Positions 1 through 10,047 of a stretch of 64,000 nt of DNA are shown here, one piece after another. Source of the stretch: Anaeroplasma bactoclasticum (lineage in GTDB: Bacteria > Bacillota_I > Bacilli_A > ML615J-28 > CAG-313). The position numbers and the translations under genes are program-made. The stretch spans positions 20,732 through 84,731 of the forward strand of contig JAMPAL010000002.1 of the NCBI GenBank assembly GCA_023667245.1. The letters are read 5' to 3'. A model generated the notes under the pieces. That model was given only the letters and a program-made list of their open reading frames with translations, was not told the DNA's origin and ran no database searches. The first letter of the stretch is position 1; each line of letters begins with the position of its first letter.

Positions 1-1618
1 TTTTTGTAGCGCGAATTTCATCTAGTTTGGCCTGCATTCTTGACTTAATCAAATCAGCAAGTTCATTTTTATTCAAATCTTTATATTCGTCATAATAAAT
101 GGGCTCTAAAATATGAACCTCTGGTTTAATTTTTTTGAGTGAAGAGATAGAAAATACTTTCCACGAATCCCATAATACAATGGGTTGAATTGCGCAATGG
201 CTTTGATAAGCAGCCCGTAAAATACCTGTTTGAAATTCTTGTAATTCATTTTGATTATCGGAATGTTTTCCTTCAATAAAGGCAATAAAACTTCTACCTT
301 CAGCAAGTCTTTCTCCCATCTCCTTGATAAAGGTAACTTGCTTGCGCATATTGGTTCGATCTACATATACTCCTTCTATCAATTGAAAAAAAGTACTGTA
401 ATATGGATTATTGATTCGACTTTTATCTGCTACTAAACTACAAGGATGATCATATAATGCGGTAAACACAGCTATGCCATCATACCTACCTTGATGATTG
501 GGAATGTATAAAGTAGGCGCATCAATCAAATGTTCTCTACCAAAATATTGAGGGTAAATAAAACCACCTTTATTCACTCTACCCATTAACTGGATGCAAT
601 GATTGTATCGTTCTTCAAAAGGAGTCGTGCCTTTTTTTAACATTTTTTTCATTTTCAATAAGTAATAAATAGCAGCTGGAATTTGTATACCAATCGTAAA
701 GAAAAAGCGCAATAAATTTCTTTTTTTCATCGCTTCGATTCGTGTATCATGAGGATCATTTAAGTGATAAATTAACATCATCACTAACATTGAAACAAAG
801 AAAAGCAAAATTGCAATAATCCATTGTGAACCAAAAGTGAATCCTGCATCAAAATAATCATTATTGATGATGCATTGCTTAATGATTAAAATGGGACTAA
901 TGGCAACAAAGGCAAAACTAGCAAATTGCATCTTTACTTCATGCTTTTCAATCACTTTTTTGATCAATTTAGAATAAAAGAAAGCTCCTATTCCGTAACT
1001 AACTAGATAGACAGATAGAATCAGTAGATTTCCTCCAATACTACTACCTTGCCATATATTGAGTAGCATCATAATCGCATTGTAATACCCTAAATTGAGT
1101 AAGACTATCGCAAAATCCATACCTGGCACAACGAGTGTTGCCGCGGTAATAAAACCAACAATGGCCAATAAAACATAATCTATAAATGGCATACCTATGC
1201 CCAATGTAACTTCTTCACCTTTAATGACAGCAAAAGAAAAGCCAAGCAAAATGGCCCAAATGACAAATACAACAAGCCAATTGGATAATTTTCGAATATG
1301 CGGTCTCAAATCACGTAACATTTTAGGAAGAGAGCCTACAATAAATCCCAATACTACAAAAACAAATGGAAGTGGATATTTCTCATACATAATGCTAACC
1401 AAATTGGCACCAATTAGAGAACCTATTCCAAAACCGATTAATAGAAAAAACAAGAAATGAATACTTGTTTTGAAGTCTTTCAGTATAGCACTAATGGCAT
1501 CAATCAGTTTGTAATATAAGCAAAGGATAATCGCAACAGTACTCGCACTAAGACCTGGTATGGCAACACTAGCAAACCCAATTACTGTTCCTTTCAAAAC
1601 AATTTTTAAATTTTTCAT
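1..1618 (-). CDS. Fusion protein: N-terminal DUF368-family polytopic membrane domain plus C-terminal PlsC/LPLAT-type acyltransferase domain (3' end runs off the window)
   Basis: Absent from the supplied track because it has no in-window stop. My translation from ATG 1618..1616 (MKNLKIVLKGTVIGFASVAIPGLSASTVAII...) stays open to position 1. It shows two DUF368-like half repeats (AIPGLSAST..., LVVPGMDFAIVLL...). These are followed by the acyltransferase motifs NHQGRYD (HX4D; codon at 502 is in frame with 1618) and FIEGKHS (FPEGTR-like). Confidence 0.75.
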   Translation of the reverse strand, partial: MKNLKIVLKGTVIGFASVAIPGLSASTVAIILCLYYKLIDAISAILKDFKTSIHFLFFLLIGFGIGSLIGANLVSIMYEKYPLPFVFVVLGFIVGSLPKMLRDLRPHIRKLSNWLVVFVIWAILLGFSFAVIKGEEVTLGIGMPFIDYVLLAIVGFITAATLVVPGMDFAIVLLNLGYYNAIMMLLNIWQGSSIGGNLLILSVYLVSYGIGAFFYSKLIKKVIEKHEVKMQFASFAFVAISPILIIKQCIINNDYFDAGFTFGSQWIIAILLFFVSMLVMMLIYHLNDPHDTRIEAMKKRNLLRFFFTIGIQIPAAIYYLLKMKKMLKKGTTPFEERYNHCIQLMGRVNKGGFIYPQYFGREHLIDAPTLYIPNHQGRYDGIAVFTALYDHPCSLVADKSRINNPYYSTFFQLIEGVYVDRTNMRKQVTFIKEMGERLAEGRSFIAFIEGKHSDNQNELQEFQTGILRAAYQSHCAIQPIVLWDSWKVFSISSLKKIKPEVHILEPIYYDEYKDLNKNELADLIKSRMQAKLDEIRATK

Positions 1619-1716
1619 AGTTTTTTCCTCTTCATATCTTGCTTATTATATACTATTTTTTCCATTTTTTCAAGTCTTACGTATAACAACATCTAAATAT
1701 TTGATTGATTTTGTGT

Positions 1717-1748
1717 AAAAAAATCCTTCTTATTACAAAAAGGATTTT
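1717..1748 (-). terminator. Rho-independent terminator after the radical SAM gene
   Basis: Stem aaaatcctt (1720-1728) pairs with aaggatttt (1740-1748). An A-run on the plus strand gives a T-run following the hairpin on the minus strand. Confidence 0.5.
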
Positions 1749-1767
1749 CTTTCACAACTGAAATACA

Positions 1768-2634
1768 TTATTCAAATAACTTTAATTGTTCACCGGTTGG
1801 GTCAAAATATTTTAAATAGGCAAAGACATCTTTCATTTGGTATAAAATGCCATGTTCTTTACAAAATTCTTCTAATATTACCATATATTCTTGATGATGC
1901 TCACTACGTACCTCATAGCGATTGTGATACATTCGAATGTATTTTTCAGTTAAATCTGGAAAAAGTTCATCTAATTTTTGATAAAAATATTCTCTATTTC
2001 CCTCTCTTAGGGTAAGACCTATTCCAAAACAAAGAATTCCTTTTACCCCAGCTTCTAGGCATGCTTGTAATAAGGCAAGAAAATTTTCTTTTGTATCGTT
2101 GATATAAGGCAAAAAAGGGGATAACCATACAACAGTAGGAATATGGTGTTCTTTAAGCAATTGCAACACTTCAATTCTTCTTTTGGTAGTAGGAGCATAA
2201 GGTTCTATTTTTTTGACCAAATTTTCATCCATAGTCGTAAGCGTTATTTGTACTACACATTTTGCCTTTTGGTGAATACGCTCCAAAATAGGCAAATCTC
2301 TTAAAATCAAATCTGACTTGGTAATTAATGTCACACCAAAGCCGTATTTTTCAATGACTTGTAAACATTTTCTTGTCAATTGATATAGTTTTTCAATAGG
2401 CTGATATGGATCTGTCATCGATCCCATACTAATCATAGCTCGTTTTTTCCTTCTTTGAAGCGTCTGTTCTAATAAAACTGGCGCATTGACCTTTACTTCT
2501 ACATCTTCAAAATCATGTTCCATTTGATAACACTTGCTTCTAGAGTCACAATAAATACACCCATGTCTACATCCTCTATAAATATTCATTACAAGTTGTG
2601 AGGATACAATTGATTGGGCACTCACTTCATGCAT
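1768..2634 (-). CDS. Radical SAM protein, SplB/DNA-photolyase-like (COG1533-type) family
   Basis: The N-terminal motif NIYRGCRHGCIYCDSR carries the CxxxCxxC cluster in the N-x-Y-x-G-C-x-H-x-C-x-Y-C context typical of this family. Length is 288 aa. Confidence 0.85.
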   Translation of the reverse strand: MHEVSAQSIVSSQLVMNIYRGCRHGCIYCDSRSKCYQMEHDFEDVEVKVNAPVLLEQTLQRRKKRAMISMGSMTDPYQPIEKLYQLTRKCLQVIEKYGFGVTLITKSDLILRDLPILERIHQKAKCVVQITLTTMDENLVKKIEPYAPTTKRRIEVLQLLKEHHIPTVVWLSPFLPYINDTKENFLALLQACLEAGVKGILCFGIGLTLREGNREYFYQKLDELFPDLTEKYIRMYHNRYEVRSEHHQEYMVILEEFCKEHGILYQMKDVFAYLKYFDPTGEQLKLFE

Positions 2635-2648
2635 AGTCTTCCTCCTTT

Positions 2649-3644
2649 CTAAATAATGATATCTGAAATAGCATATACATCTATATGTTTATAATATATT
2701 TCTTCTAGTGGCATCCATACATTGAAATAATCCAATGCCCGTTTGCGTCGTTTAATTCTCATGAATTGCGTGTCTTGATCTATTTCTATATATATGAAGT
2801 GATCAAACTGTGCCCTAAAATAAGGATGAAATGCATATACTCCCTCCACTATGACACAATCTTTGAGTTCAATTTCTCTATTATGATAGGTTTGCGTAGT
2901 ACAACAAAAAGTCTTTAATGTCACTTTCTTTTGATGGTTCTGATATGCTTTTTTTATTTGAAGCAGACTTTCTAGAACAAGTTCATAATCTATATTACCG
3001 CCTACTTCATTTAATCTTTCTTTTGTTTTTCTTATGATTGGTAAAAAGAAGTCATCCATATGCAAAACTGTATATGTATTTTCTAGTGCTTGACATAACG
3101 TTGTCTTTCCTGATGCACAACGTCCCTCTAAAGCAATGATACTTTGGGGGCGCTGGTGCCGAAGAAAGTCTTGAAGTTGAATCAAACGCATTTCAAAAGT
3201 CAATATATCCCGATGAACCACCCTATAACATGGATGATAAGCACTATGATAGATGGTGGAGTGGTGGGGACTTTCTTCATACCAAATGGGCTGTATTTTT
3301 TCCATATACAATGCTAATGCTTGGTGATAAACAGATATAGGCCTGTTTTCTTGCGATGAAGACAGAAAGTGCTCTATGAGATAGGTGATATCTAGCCCTG
3401 CTTGAAGATAGGGTCTCAAATGAATACGAAGATATTGGGGACTTAGCCATTCATATAAGGTTTCATATGCATTGATTTGCTTAGACGCTTCTTCTTGAAT
3501 GCTTATTTTGACATACATCGGATCAGGAATAGAATAGAGATGACGTGGTCCAAGTATACCTTGATAGATTAATTTAATTTTATCTTCTCGTTGCATGGCT
3601 GGATATTTTTTAAGATGATAATTGAAAAAAATGGTGGTATCCAT
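2649..3644 (-). CDS. P-loop kinase-like protein (uridine kinase/NRK-like C-terminal domain) with an uncharacterised N-terminal domain
   Basis: Walker A motif EGRCASGKTTL lies at about residue 175. It is followed by DDFF and a short C-terminal kinase-like region. The N-terminal roughly 165 aa has no motif I recognise. Confidence 0.55.
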   Translation of the reverse strand: MDTTIFFNYHLKKYPAMQREDKIKLIYQGILGPRHLYSIPDPMYVKISIQEEASKQINAYETLYEWLSPQYLRIHLRPYLQAGLDITYLIEHFLSSSQENRPISVYHQALALYMEKIQPIWYEESPHHSTIYHSAYHPCYRVVHRDILTFEMRLIQLQDFLRHQRPQSIIALEGRCASGKTTLCQALENTYTVLHMDDFFLPIIRKTKERLNEVGGNIDYELVLESLLQIKKAYQNHQKKVTLKTFCCTTQTYHNREIELKDCVIVEGVYAFHPYFRAQFDHFIYIEIDQDTQFMRIKRRKRALDYFNVWMPLEEIYYKHIDVYAISDIII

Positions 3645-3727
3645 AAGTTCTTTTTCCTTTCTATTCCTTGAATGTTCATGATATACATATAACTACTTTT
3701 TTCAAACTAGAGTGTTTAATATCATTT

Positions 3728-4288
3728 TTATTTGGAGTTTGCATTCTTTGCAAGGCTTGTAATATATTTCACAAAAGCTGTTTTTCCTTCTGTATAATGA
3801 TCTCGGTGATGGGAATATTGTTGCCCTAAAGCAAGTTTTAACACTTCATACGCTTTGGCTATATCTATATGTGATAACAGATAATCCCGAAAATAGACCT
3901 CATCAATGTCCCCTTTTTTTCTTAGATGTATGTGAAACACTTTTTTTGCGTAGCCATCCTTGGTATATCCTTTATTTAACGACACTCGGATTTCACTTTC
4001 ACTCATACAAAGGTAGCCCCTAGCAATCAGAATGTCTTTTATAATGGTTAAAGGATAACTATCCGTCAGTTCTACTAAAATATCCACAATGGGTTTTGCC
4101 ATAATGGTTGCAATAGCAGTACTACCAATATGGTAAATAGCGAATATAGATTCTTGGGGTAAAATCTCTTTTAAGATTTCCGCTTCTTCTTGATACCAAT
4201 CTTTCCATTCTGTTTGATGCTCCACAAGCACAATAGGAAACAATTGCCACAATTCTTCTAGCGTCATTTCTGATAATTCTTTTTGCAT
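3728..4288 (-). CDS. GrpB family (UPF0157) protein
   Basis: HIGSTAI...KPIVDILV and HIHLR...RDYL... segments are characteristic of GrpB nucleotidyltransferase-fold proteins. Length is 186 aa. Confidence 0.7.
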   Translation of the reverse strand: MQKELSEMTLEELWQLFPIVLVEHQTEWKDWYQEEAEILKEILPQESIFAIYHIGSTAIATIMAKPIVDILVELTDSYPLTIIKDILIARGYLCMSESEIRVSLNKGYTKDGYAKKVFHIHLRKKGDIDEVYFRDYLLSHIDIAKAYEVLKLALGQQYSHHRDHYTEGKTAFVKYITSLAKNANSK

Positions 4289-4307
4289 CTACACCTTCTC
4301 CTTCTTT

Positions 4308-5165
4308 TTATATATTTTGGATCAACATACGAATATTTTCATATGGGCATTGTTGTAAAAAATCACCTATTTTCATAAAAGCCACTTGCTGGATTCTTGT
4401 TTCAGTAGGATGAGTTGATGGCTTTTGATTAATTTCAAAACAAACTGGATAAATCCATTTTTGAACCAATTGAAGATGATGATTAATAAACGTAATTGAA
4501 AATGCATCGAGTTGTTTGATGACTTGCTTCGTATCTAACTGGATACCTGTTTCTTCTAAGCATTCTCGGATTGCCGCATCCACGATTGTTTCATCTTGTT
4601 CTATATGTCCTTTAGGTAGTGCACATACAAGTTTACCATAAATTTCTTCTACAGTAGCCAGTATTTCATCTTTATACTTTACAATTGCCATTGCACTTGT
4701 TTCTACTTGGTAACTATCATTTATAAATGCGTCCATAAGATGAAAATAAGCCTTATCTTCTGGTTCAAAGCCATATTTTTGCCATTTTTGATATTCTATA
4801 TGAAGTACCTGGGGTTTGTCCTTTCCTTGCGTTAGGAATGTCTCTAGTAAAAATGTTTCACAATGATAAGGTCCAACAATCCACTTTTTGGGTATATCTA
4901 CATATACTTCACCTATTTTTGTATTTTTCTTATGATATTCATGCATCTTTTGTACATAATCCAAATACTGTTGAATATATTTTTTTGAATCATTTTGAAT
5001 AATAAAAACCAGTGTGGTTGACTCTATTATTTTTTGATAATTTTCTAAAGTGAGTCCTTTTTCAATGTGTAAAATTTGGGTAGAATGATTGGAAAAGAGC
5101 CGTTTTATTTGCGATATCCTTTCTTCTTTCATACTACCAAAAATGACTATTGTTTTCATATACAC
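4308..5165 (-). CDS. NUDIX hydrolase with an N-terminal extension
   Basis: Canonical Nudix box GHIEQDETIVDAAIRECLEETGI (Gx5Ex7REx2EExG) in the C-terminal half. Confidence 0.75.
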   Translation of the reverse strand: MYMKTIVIFGSMKEERISQIKRLFSNHSTQILHIEKGLTLENYQKIIESTTLVFIIQNDSKKYIQQYLDYVQKMHEYHKKNTKIGEVYVDIPKKWIVGPYHCETFLLETFLTQGKDKPQVLHIEYQKWQKYGFEPEDKAYFHLMDAFINDSYQVETSAMAIVKYKDEILATVEEIYGKLVCALPKGHIEQDETIVDAAIRECLEETGIQLDTKQVIKQLDAFSITFINHHLQLVQKWIYPVCFEINQKPSTHPTETRIQQVAFMKIGDFLQQCPYENIRMLIQNI

Positions 5166-5461
5166 TCCTTACTTGCCAATATACTTTGTATTATAACAAA
5201 ATAAACTCAATTTATCAAAGAAAACGAGTTTTGATGCAAAATCCTTTTTTAAACCAATGGATTGTTACATTTATAATTTATATTTAAAATATTTCATCAT
5301 TAATGTTTGTAACCGAATTTTTCCTAATATTCATTTGATTTTTATCTTTTTTTGGATATAAAAAAAGAATGATTTTTTTCTGGGTACAATTGGTATATGA
5401 TATAAAAAGGAACTTCTATTGAAAAAAAGGGAACTATTTGTTATAATATAAATGAGATAAT

Positions 5462-8302
5462 ATGAGAAAGGAACGATCTATGTTACGAAAAATTTATATT
5501 CTATTTTTACTCTTTACGCTATCCATTTGCTTATATGGATGTACAAAACAAAATAAAACAATAAAACTCATTGTTCATGTCGTCGATAACGAAATATTAG
5601 AAGGAAAAACAGATATCAATCGTCACTTGTGGGTCTATTTGACCAATAATAGAGACCATCGTATAGAGGACTTTACCATTGATGGATACGACCCTTCCCA
5701 AATTGGAAAACAAATTTTAACCATTTCGTATAAAGGATATCAAAGTAAAGCAGTTATTTTTGTGGTAGAAAAAAATGAGGCAATTGAAATCATGGAACAT
5801 AGTGATTATCGTTTAAAAACAACACAAGCACTAGTTGCTGATGCATCTTTATTTCAACTAGAAAATACAGGACAAAATGTAGTTAGAAGAAATGGGATTA
5901 TTGCTGTATATAGATGGGAATGTCCCTACCAAACAGACGAAACTGGATGGGAAGTAGCTATCAATCAATATGGACAAGTAGAAGATACTGCTGTAAATGT
6001 AAAAATGCCCAAAAAGGGAATGATTTTATCTGTTACAGGATTAAGAGTTAGTGAACTCCAACAAATCCAAATTGGAGATTTCGTCCTATATGATGGTGAG
6101 AAAATATTTGTATATCGCGATGAGATAATAGCCAAATACAACACCTTATATACACGTTTTTATGAGGTATTGGCTGAAATTGAAAATGTCACCGCTCTAA
6201 AAGAATACAATCAAAAAGTTTCTATCCTAAATACAATGATTCCTCGTTTAGAACAAATCAATCAAACCTATGATGAGGCTATGAAAAATGAACTGATTCA
6301 AGAATTAACTCAAATGCTATCTCCTCAAGAAGAGATTGATATGTATGCACACCAACATATGTATTCCCCAATCAATGTTAGCCACTACGAAAAAAAGGAG
6401 ATAACTTTAGAAAAAGGACCAGTGGAAGATTATCTATTATATACCACTTACAATGACAAATTGTATTATGGTGGTTTTCGTAATGAAAATACAATCGTCC
6501 ATTATGATGCAAGTCACTATCAAACCCGTAATCAATGGGGATTTGAGGTGGCCGTTGATGCTGATGGATACGTTATAGATAAAAATAATCTTGTGGATTT
6601 ACCAGATGGTGGTTTCATTCTAAGTGGTCATACAGCTGGAGCCGATTTTATTCAAGAAAATATTGAAATTCATGATCGTATTGTTATCCAAAATGGAAAA
6701 CTAGAGATTTGGAGGAATCAACAATACCACTATTTATTTACTTATACCCGTTTACGAAATAGTATTATAGATGAACTCAATGTAGAATTAGAACATAAGA
6801 TTCCTCATGATTACCAGTATATTAACACATTGCTACACACCATAGATAAACTAATTGAAGAAACTTCCTATGATATGACTTGTTTTGGCAATTTACAACG
6901 ATTTTATTGTAATTATAATTTGATTCAAGATTATATCAATATCATTTATAGTCAATTGATAGATAACCAGATTGATCAAACAAGGGGCATTTGGTATTAT
7001 CCATTTCTTCGGTTCCAAGGCGTATATTACTACGATGATACCACTAAAGAAGGAATTGTTAAAACATTAACCCATTTCAAACAAATGGGTATCAATGAAA
7101 TCTTGCTTACTCCATTCTTAGAAGTGGGTACCGGTTATATGGTATATGAATCTGAGTATTATCAAACCTATGAAGCCCTTCAACATTATGATTATGGTGA
7201 ATACGGTCATGATTATTTGGAATGTTTTATTAGTGAAGCACATAAGTTAGGAATTTTTGTTACTGCTTATACACAAACCTTCTTTGCTCATGTCACCACT
7301 TTAAAAGAACCACACGATGAATATTATCAAATCAACTATCAAGGACAAAGAAGTAAATCATCTTCTTATGAGGTCTATTACTATGATATCTGTAGTCCAG
7401 AGGTTCAAGAATTATTGGTTGGCTGGTATGGTGAATTACTCACAAAATATGATTTTGATGGCGTTGAATATGATATCATTCGCTATCCTGCAAATAATCT
7501 TTACCATTATTTAGATGTAGAAGTAATCCCAAATCATGTAACGATTGAAGATCATGGGTATACTCCATACGCTATGGACAAATTTATGAATATGTATCAT
7601 TTAGAAGGGGACTTGAGAACGCATATTGTTAATTCTAAAACAGTCCGAAAAAATTGGTTGGATTTTAAAATGACGCAACTGAATCAATTCGTAGAAAGAC
7701 TATCCGCTTTTATTCGCCTGATTCAACCTGATATCAAAATCAGTGCTGCCGTGCTTTCTGATGCTAACTATGCTAAACAAAGCCATCTACAAGACTATAA
7801 AACTTGGATACAACAAGGATGGGTTGATGAAATTGAACCTATGGTTTATACGAGTAGCGTATCAGACTTTAAAAATTCGATAAATACCATTTATAATCAA
7901 GGATTAGATACTTCTATTCGAATCGGAATTGGTGCTAAACTAACTAAAGAAAATACTTACATAGATTTACAGGAAATAAAATTGATGGATGATTATGGCG
8001 GATACTTATTATTTTCATCATATTACTATTACCGCGATACTACTTTAGTTAAACTCCTCAGCAATAATCACCACTATCAATATGTCAGTGCTAGAAATAC
8101 ACAAGAAGAAATTGAAAATGCCTATATAGAAGATACGCTAGATATGATTGAAAATTATTATACCATTGTGAACAACATTACCTATGATTACTTAATCCGA
8201 GCTTTAGAATCTCATGATATCAACCGAATTATTGCGGAAATCCAAGTCATATCCGACCAACAAATGAAAACCTATCTACTACAACGCTTTTACCAGTTGT
8301 AA
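5462..8302 (+). CDS. Lipoprotein with a C-terminal glycosyl hydrolase-like 10 (GHL10/YngK-like) domain
   Basis: Signal peptide with lipobox LYGC. The C-terminal half (GIWYYPF..., INEILLTPF, FDGVEYDIIRYP, EIEPMVYT) resembles the GHL10 TIM-barrel family. A second ATG at 5480, preceded by GAAAGGAA, may be the true start. Confidence 0.65.
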   Translation: MRKERSMLRKIYILFLLFTLSICLYGCTKQNKTIKLIVHVVDNEILEGKTDINRHLWVYLTNNRDHRIEDFTIDGYDPSQIGKQILTISYKGYQSKAVIFVVEKNEAIEIMEHSDYRLKTTQALVADASLFQLENTGQNVVRRNGIIAVYRWECPYQTDETGWEVAINQYGQVEDTAVNVKMPKKGMILSVTGLRVSELQQIQIGDFVLYDGEKIFVYRDEIIAKYNTLYTRFYEVLAEIENVTALKEYNQKVSILNTMIPRLEQINQTYDEAMKNELIQELTQMLSPQEEIDMYAHQHMYSPINVSHYEKKEITLEKGPVEDYLLYTTYNDKLYYGGFRNENTIVHYDASHYQTRNQWGFEVAVDADGYVIDKNNLVDLPDGGFILSGHTAGADFIQENIEIHDRIVIQNGKLEIWRNQQYHYLFTYTRLRNSIIDELNVELEHKIPHDYQYINTLLHTIDKLIEETSYDMTCFGNLQRFYCNYNLIQDYINIIYSQLIDNQIDQTRGIWYYPFLRFQGVYYYDDTTKEGIVKTLTHFKQMGINEILLTPFLEVGTGYMVYESEYYQTYEALQHYDYGEYGHDYLECFISEAHKLGIFVTAYTQTFFAHVTTLKEPHDEYYQINYQGQRSKSSSYEVYYYDICSPEVQELLVGWYGELLTKYDFDGVEYDIIRYPANNLYHYLDVEVIPNHVTIEDHGYTPYAMDKFMNMYHLEGDLRTHIVNSKTVRKNWLDFKMTQLNQFVERLSAFIRLIQPDIKISAAVLSDANYAKQSHLQDYKTWIQQGWVDEIEPMVYTSSVSDFKNSINTIYNQGLDTSIRIGIGAKLTKENTYIDLQEIKLMDDYGGYLLFSSYYYYRDTTLVKLLSNNHHYQYVSARNTQEEIENAYIEDTLDMIENYYTIVNNITYDYLIRALESHDINRIIAEIQVISDQQMKTYLLQRFYQL

Positions 8303-8310
8303 TATAGATA

Positions 8311-8348
8311 AAAAGACTGATTACATCCCTTGTAATCAGTCTTTTTTT
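8311..8348. terminator. Bidirectional terminator between convergent genes
   Basis: Stem aagactgattaca (8313-8325) pairs with tgtaatcagtctt (8331-8343), flanked by an A-run upstream and a T-run downstream. It overlaps the stop of the 8336..8764 gene. Confidence 0.6.
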
Positions 8349-8764
8349 AAGATATCTACATCCTCTGATTTTAATCCACTATAATAACGAAGTGATATTG
8401 TAGTAAAACGCAATATACAATAATCGGAATCATTTTTTCCTTCCTTATAATATAGAATATCTTTATCTTGCCATATCATATCTTTGGTTTCCTGATTCTC
8501 CAATACTTCTATATTACCTTTTAACATTACACCGCGATAAAAACGTTTATCACAAAAATAAATGCAGGCTTTAGGATTTTCTCTAAAACATTTTACTTTT
8601 TGTGATGAGGTATTGGTCGTAAAGTAAAATTCACGTATGCCATTTCTTTTTCTAGGTTGGAACATCGCTTTAGTATTTGGAAAACCATCTTCATCAATTG
8701 AACTTATATAGCAAGTACTTTGATGGTCAATCATATTGCCAATTGTTTTTTCTACATCTCTCAT
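8336..8764 (-). CDS. Pyridoxamine 5'-phosphate oxidase-family (FMN-binding split-barrel, general stress protein 26-like) protein
   Basis: 142 aa. Pattern CYISSIDEDGFPNTKAM...FYFTTNTSSQKV..F..NPKACIYF...GVMLKGNIEVLE matches the PNPOx-like small-protein family. Its start overlaps the upstream gene stop by 4 nt. Confidence 0.65.
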   Translation of the reverse strand: MRDVEKTIGNMIDHQSTCYISSIDEDGFPNTKAMFQPRKRNGIREFYFTTNTSSQKVKCFRENPKACIYFCDKRFYRGVMLKGNIEVLENQETKDMIWQDKDILYYKEGKNDSDYCILRFTTISLRYYSGLKSEDVDILKKD

Positions 8765-9252
8765 TTTATATTCTCCTTGACTTGTTGATAATGTCTAATA
8801 TGAATGCCCATATGCCCTATGCCAAAACCGATTGTAACTGCAAGAAAGTATATATGATTGCCATATAATCCAAGCATAACAAAGGCGCATATAGGTAATA
8901 CCGCAAGAGGAATGGGGATTTTTAAAAAGGAATGATAAAAGTCAATCATCGTTCGTTTACTTTTAAAATATCTGATCCAACAAATCTCATAACAAGCCAT
9001 AAACACATAGGCTAAAACCAATAGAATGATTTTGATGGATATGTCTTGTATGTTAAAGTTTCGAGAACTGAGTAATAAACCAATGATACCCACTTCTCCT
9101 AGTCGTTCCCACATTCGCAAACCGATTTTCTCTTGCTTGACATATGTTGTATAGCCTTGGGGAAGATGATTACTTCCAATCATATTAGGGATCAATAACA
9201 ATAAGACAATAGACAAACCAACATACGAAAATCCAAATTCAATCCTCATCAT
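8761..9252 (-). CDS. Integral membrane protein, unknown function
   Basis: 163 aa with about 5 hydrophobic helices. It is translationally coupled by 4-nt overlaps at both ends. Confidence 0.6.
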   Translation of the reverse strand: MMRIEFGFSYVGLSIVLLLLIPNMIGSNHLPQGYTTYVKQEKIGLRMWERLGEVGIIGLLLSSRNFNIQDISIKIILLVLAYVFMACYEICWIRYFKSKRTMIDFYHSFLKIPIPLAVLPICAFVMLGLYGNHIYFLAVTIGFGIGHMGIHIRHYQQVKENIK

Positions 9253-10034
9253 ATATCACTATTTTTTGAAGTATGACTTACTCTTTTGGCAATTTCTAAG
9301 GCAATAAAGAAGTGTTTTAATCTTTCATCAATTGAAATTAATGATAAGATTCCTCTATCCCAGTTCTCACTATCTAAGTTATCTGCTCGGTATAAAAAAT
9401 TATATAATTCATACCCCCTAAAATTAGCAACTGCCTGGCAAGCACTCACTTCCATCTCTACTGCGATACATCCCTCACTTCTTCTTTTTTCAAAATGATG
9501 AAGGGTTTCGCGATAAAAAGCATCCGTAGTCCAAGTTTTTCCTGTTACATAGGCAATATTTAAATCACAAAGTATTTGAGCTACAACTGGATAATTTGAA
9601 ATCTTTATATAATCACTAGCTTCCATATAATGATAACTCATTCCTTCATCACGATAGGCATCTGTTGGTACAATCAAGTGATTAGAAGGAATAGTTTTAT
9701 CCAATCCTCCACAACTACCAAAAAGAACAAATTGCTTGCAAGAAAAAACATATCCAATCTCTTCAATTAAAGCGGCTGTTATGGGTGCACCCACTGTTGT
9801 TTTTACAACACCAATGTGCGTATTTTTATACACATATATAGGATATTTACAAGAAACACTTTTGATTGTCGTATCATCTATCAATTCGAGTAATCCATCC
9901 TCTATTAGCGCATCCATAATCTTATACGAGAAATTGATAATACAAACATCTAATATTTGATTACTTTTATCATACACGTCTTCTAAATTGATAATGGCTC
10001 TTCTTTCTTGGTCAAATGCATCTATTATACTCAT
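9249..10034 (-). CDS. Nucleoside phosphorylase (PNP/UDP family 1)-like protein
   Basis: 261 aa. Segments GVVKTTVGAPITAA, FGSCGG and VEMEVSA follow the arrangement of uridine/purine nucleoside phosphorylase family-1 enzymes. Confidence 0.7.
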   Translation of the reverse strand: MSIIDAFDQERRAIINLEDVYDKSNQILDVCIINFSYKIMDALIEDGLLELIDDTTIKSVSCKYPIYVYKNTHIGVVKTTVGAPITAALIEEIGYVFSCKQFVLFGSCGGLDKTIPSNHLIVPTDAYRDEGMSYHYMEASDYIKISNYPVVAQILCDLNIAYVTGKTWTTDAFYRETLHHFEKRRSEGCIAVEMEVSACQAVANFRGYELYNFLYRADNLDSENWDRGILSLISIDERLKHFFIALEIAKRVSHTSKNSDI

Positions 10035-10047
10035 TTTTTTCCTCCAG

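Noticed and set aside
436-1617. An apparently ORF-free 1.2-kb stretch at the left end of the window.
   Set aside because: It is not non-coding. Manual translation shows a continuous minus-strand ORF from 1618 to the window edge. The track lists only ORFs closed by a stop, so it is missed. The small track ORFs here (106..306 -, 251..436 +, 1197..1460 +) are out-of-frame or antisense artefacts.
7317-7514. A nested 65-aa plus-strand ORF inside the GHL10-like gene. Similar nested ORFs occur at 10874..11056, 24138..24341 and 54182..54713.
   Set aside because: These are alternative frames within well-supported longer genes and have no independent signals.
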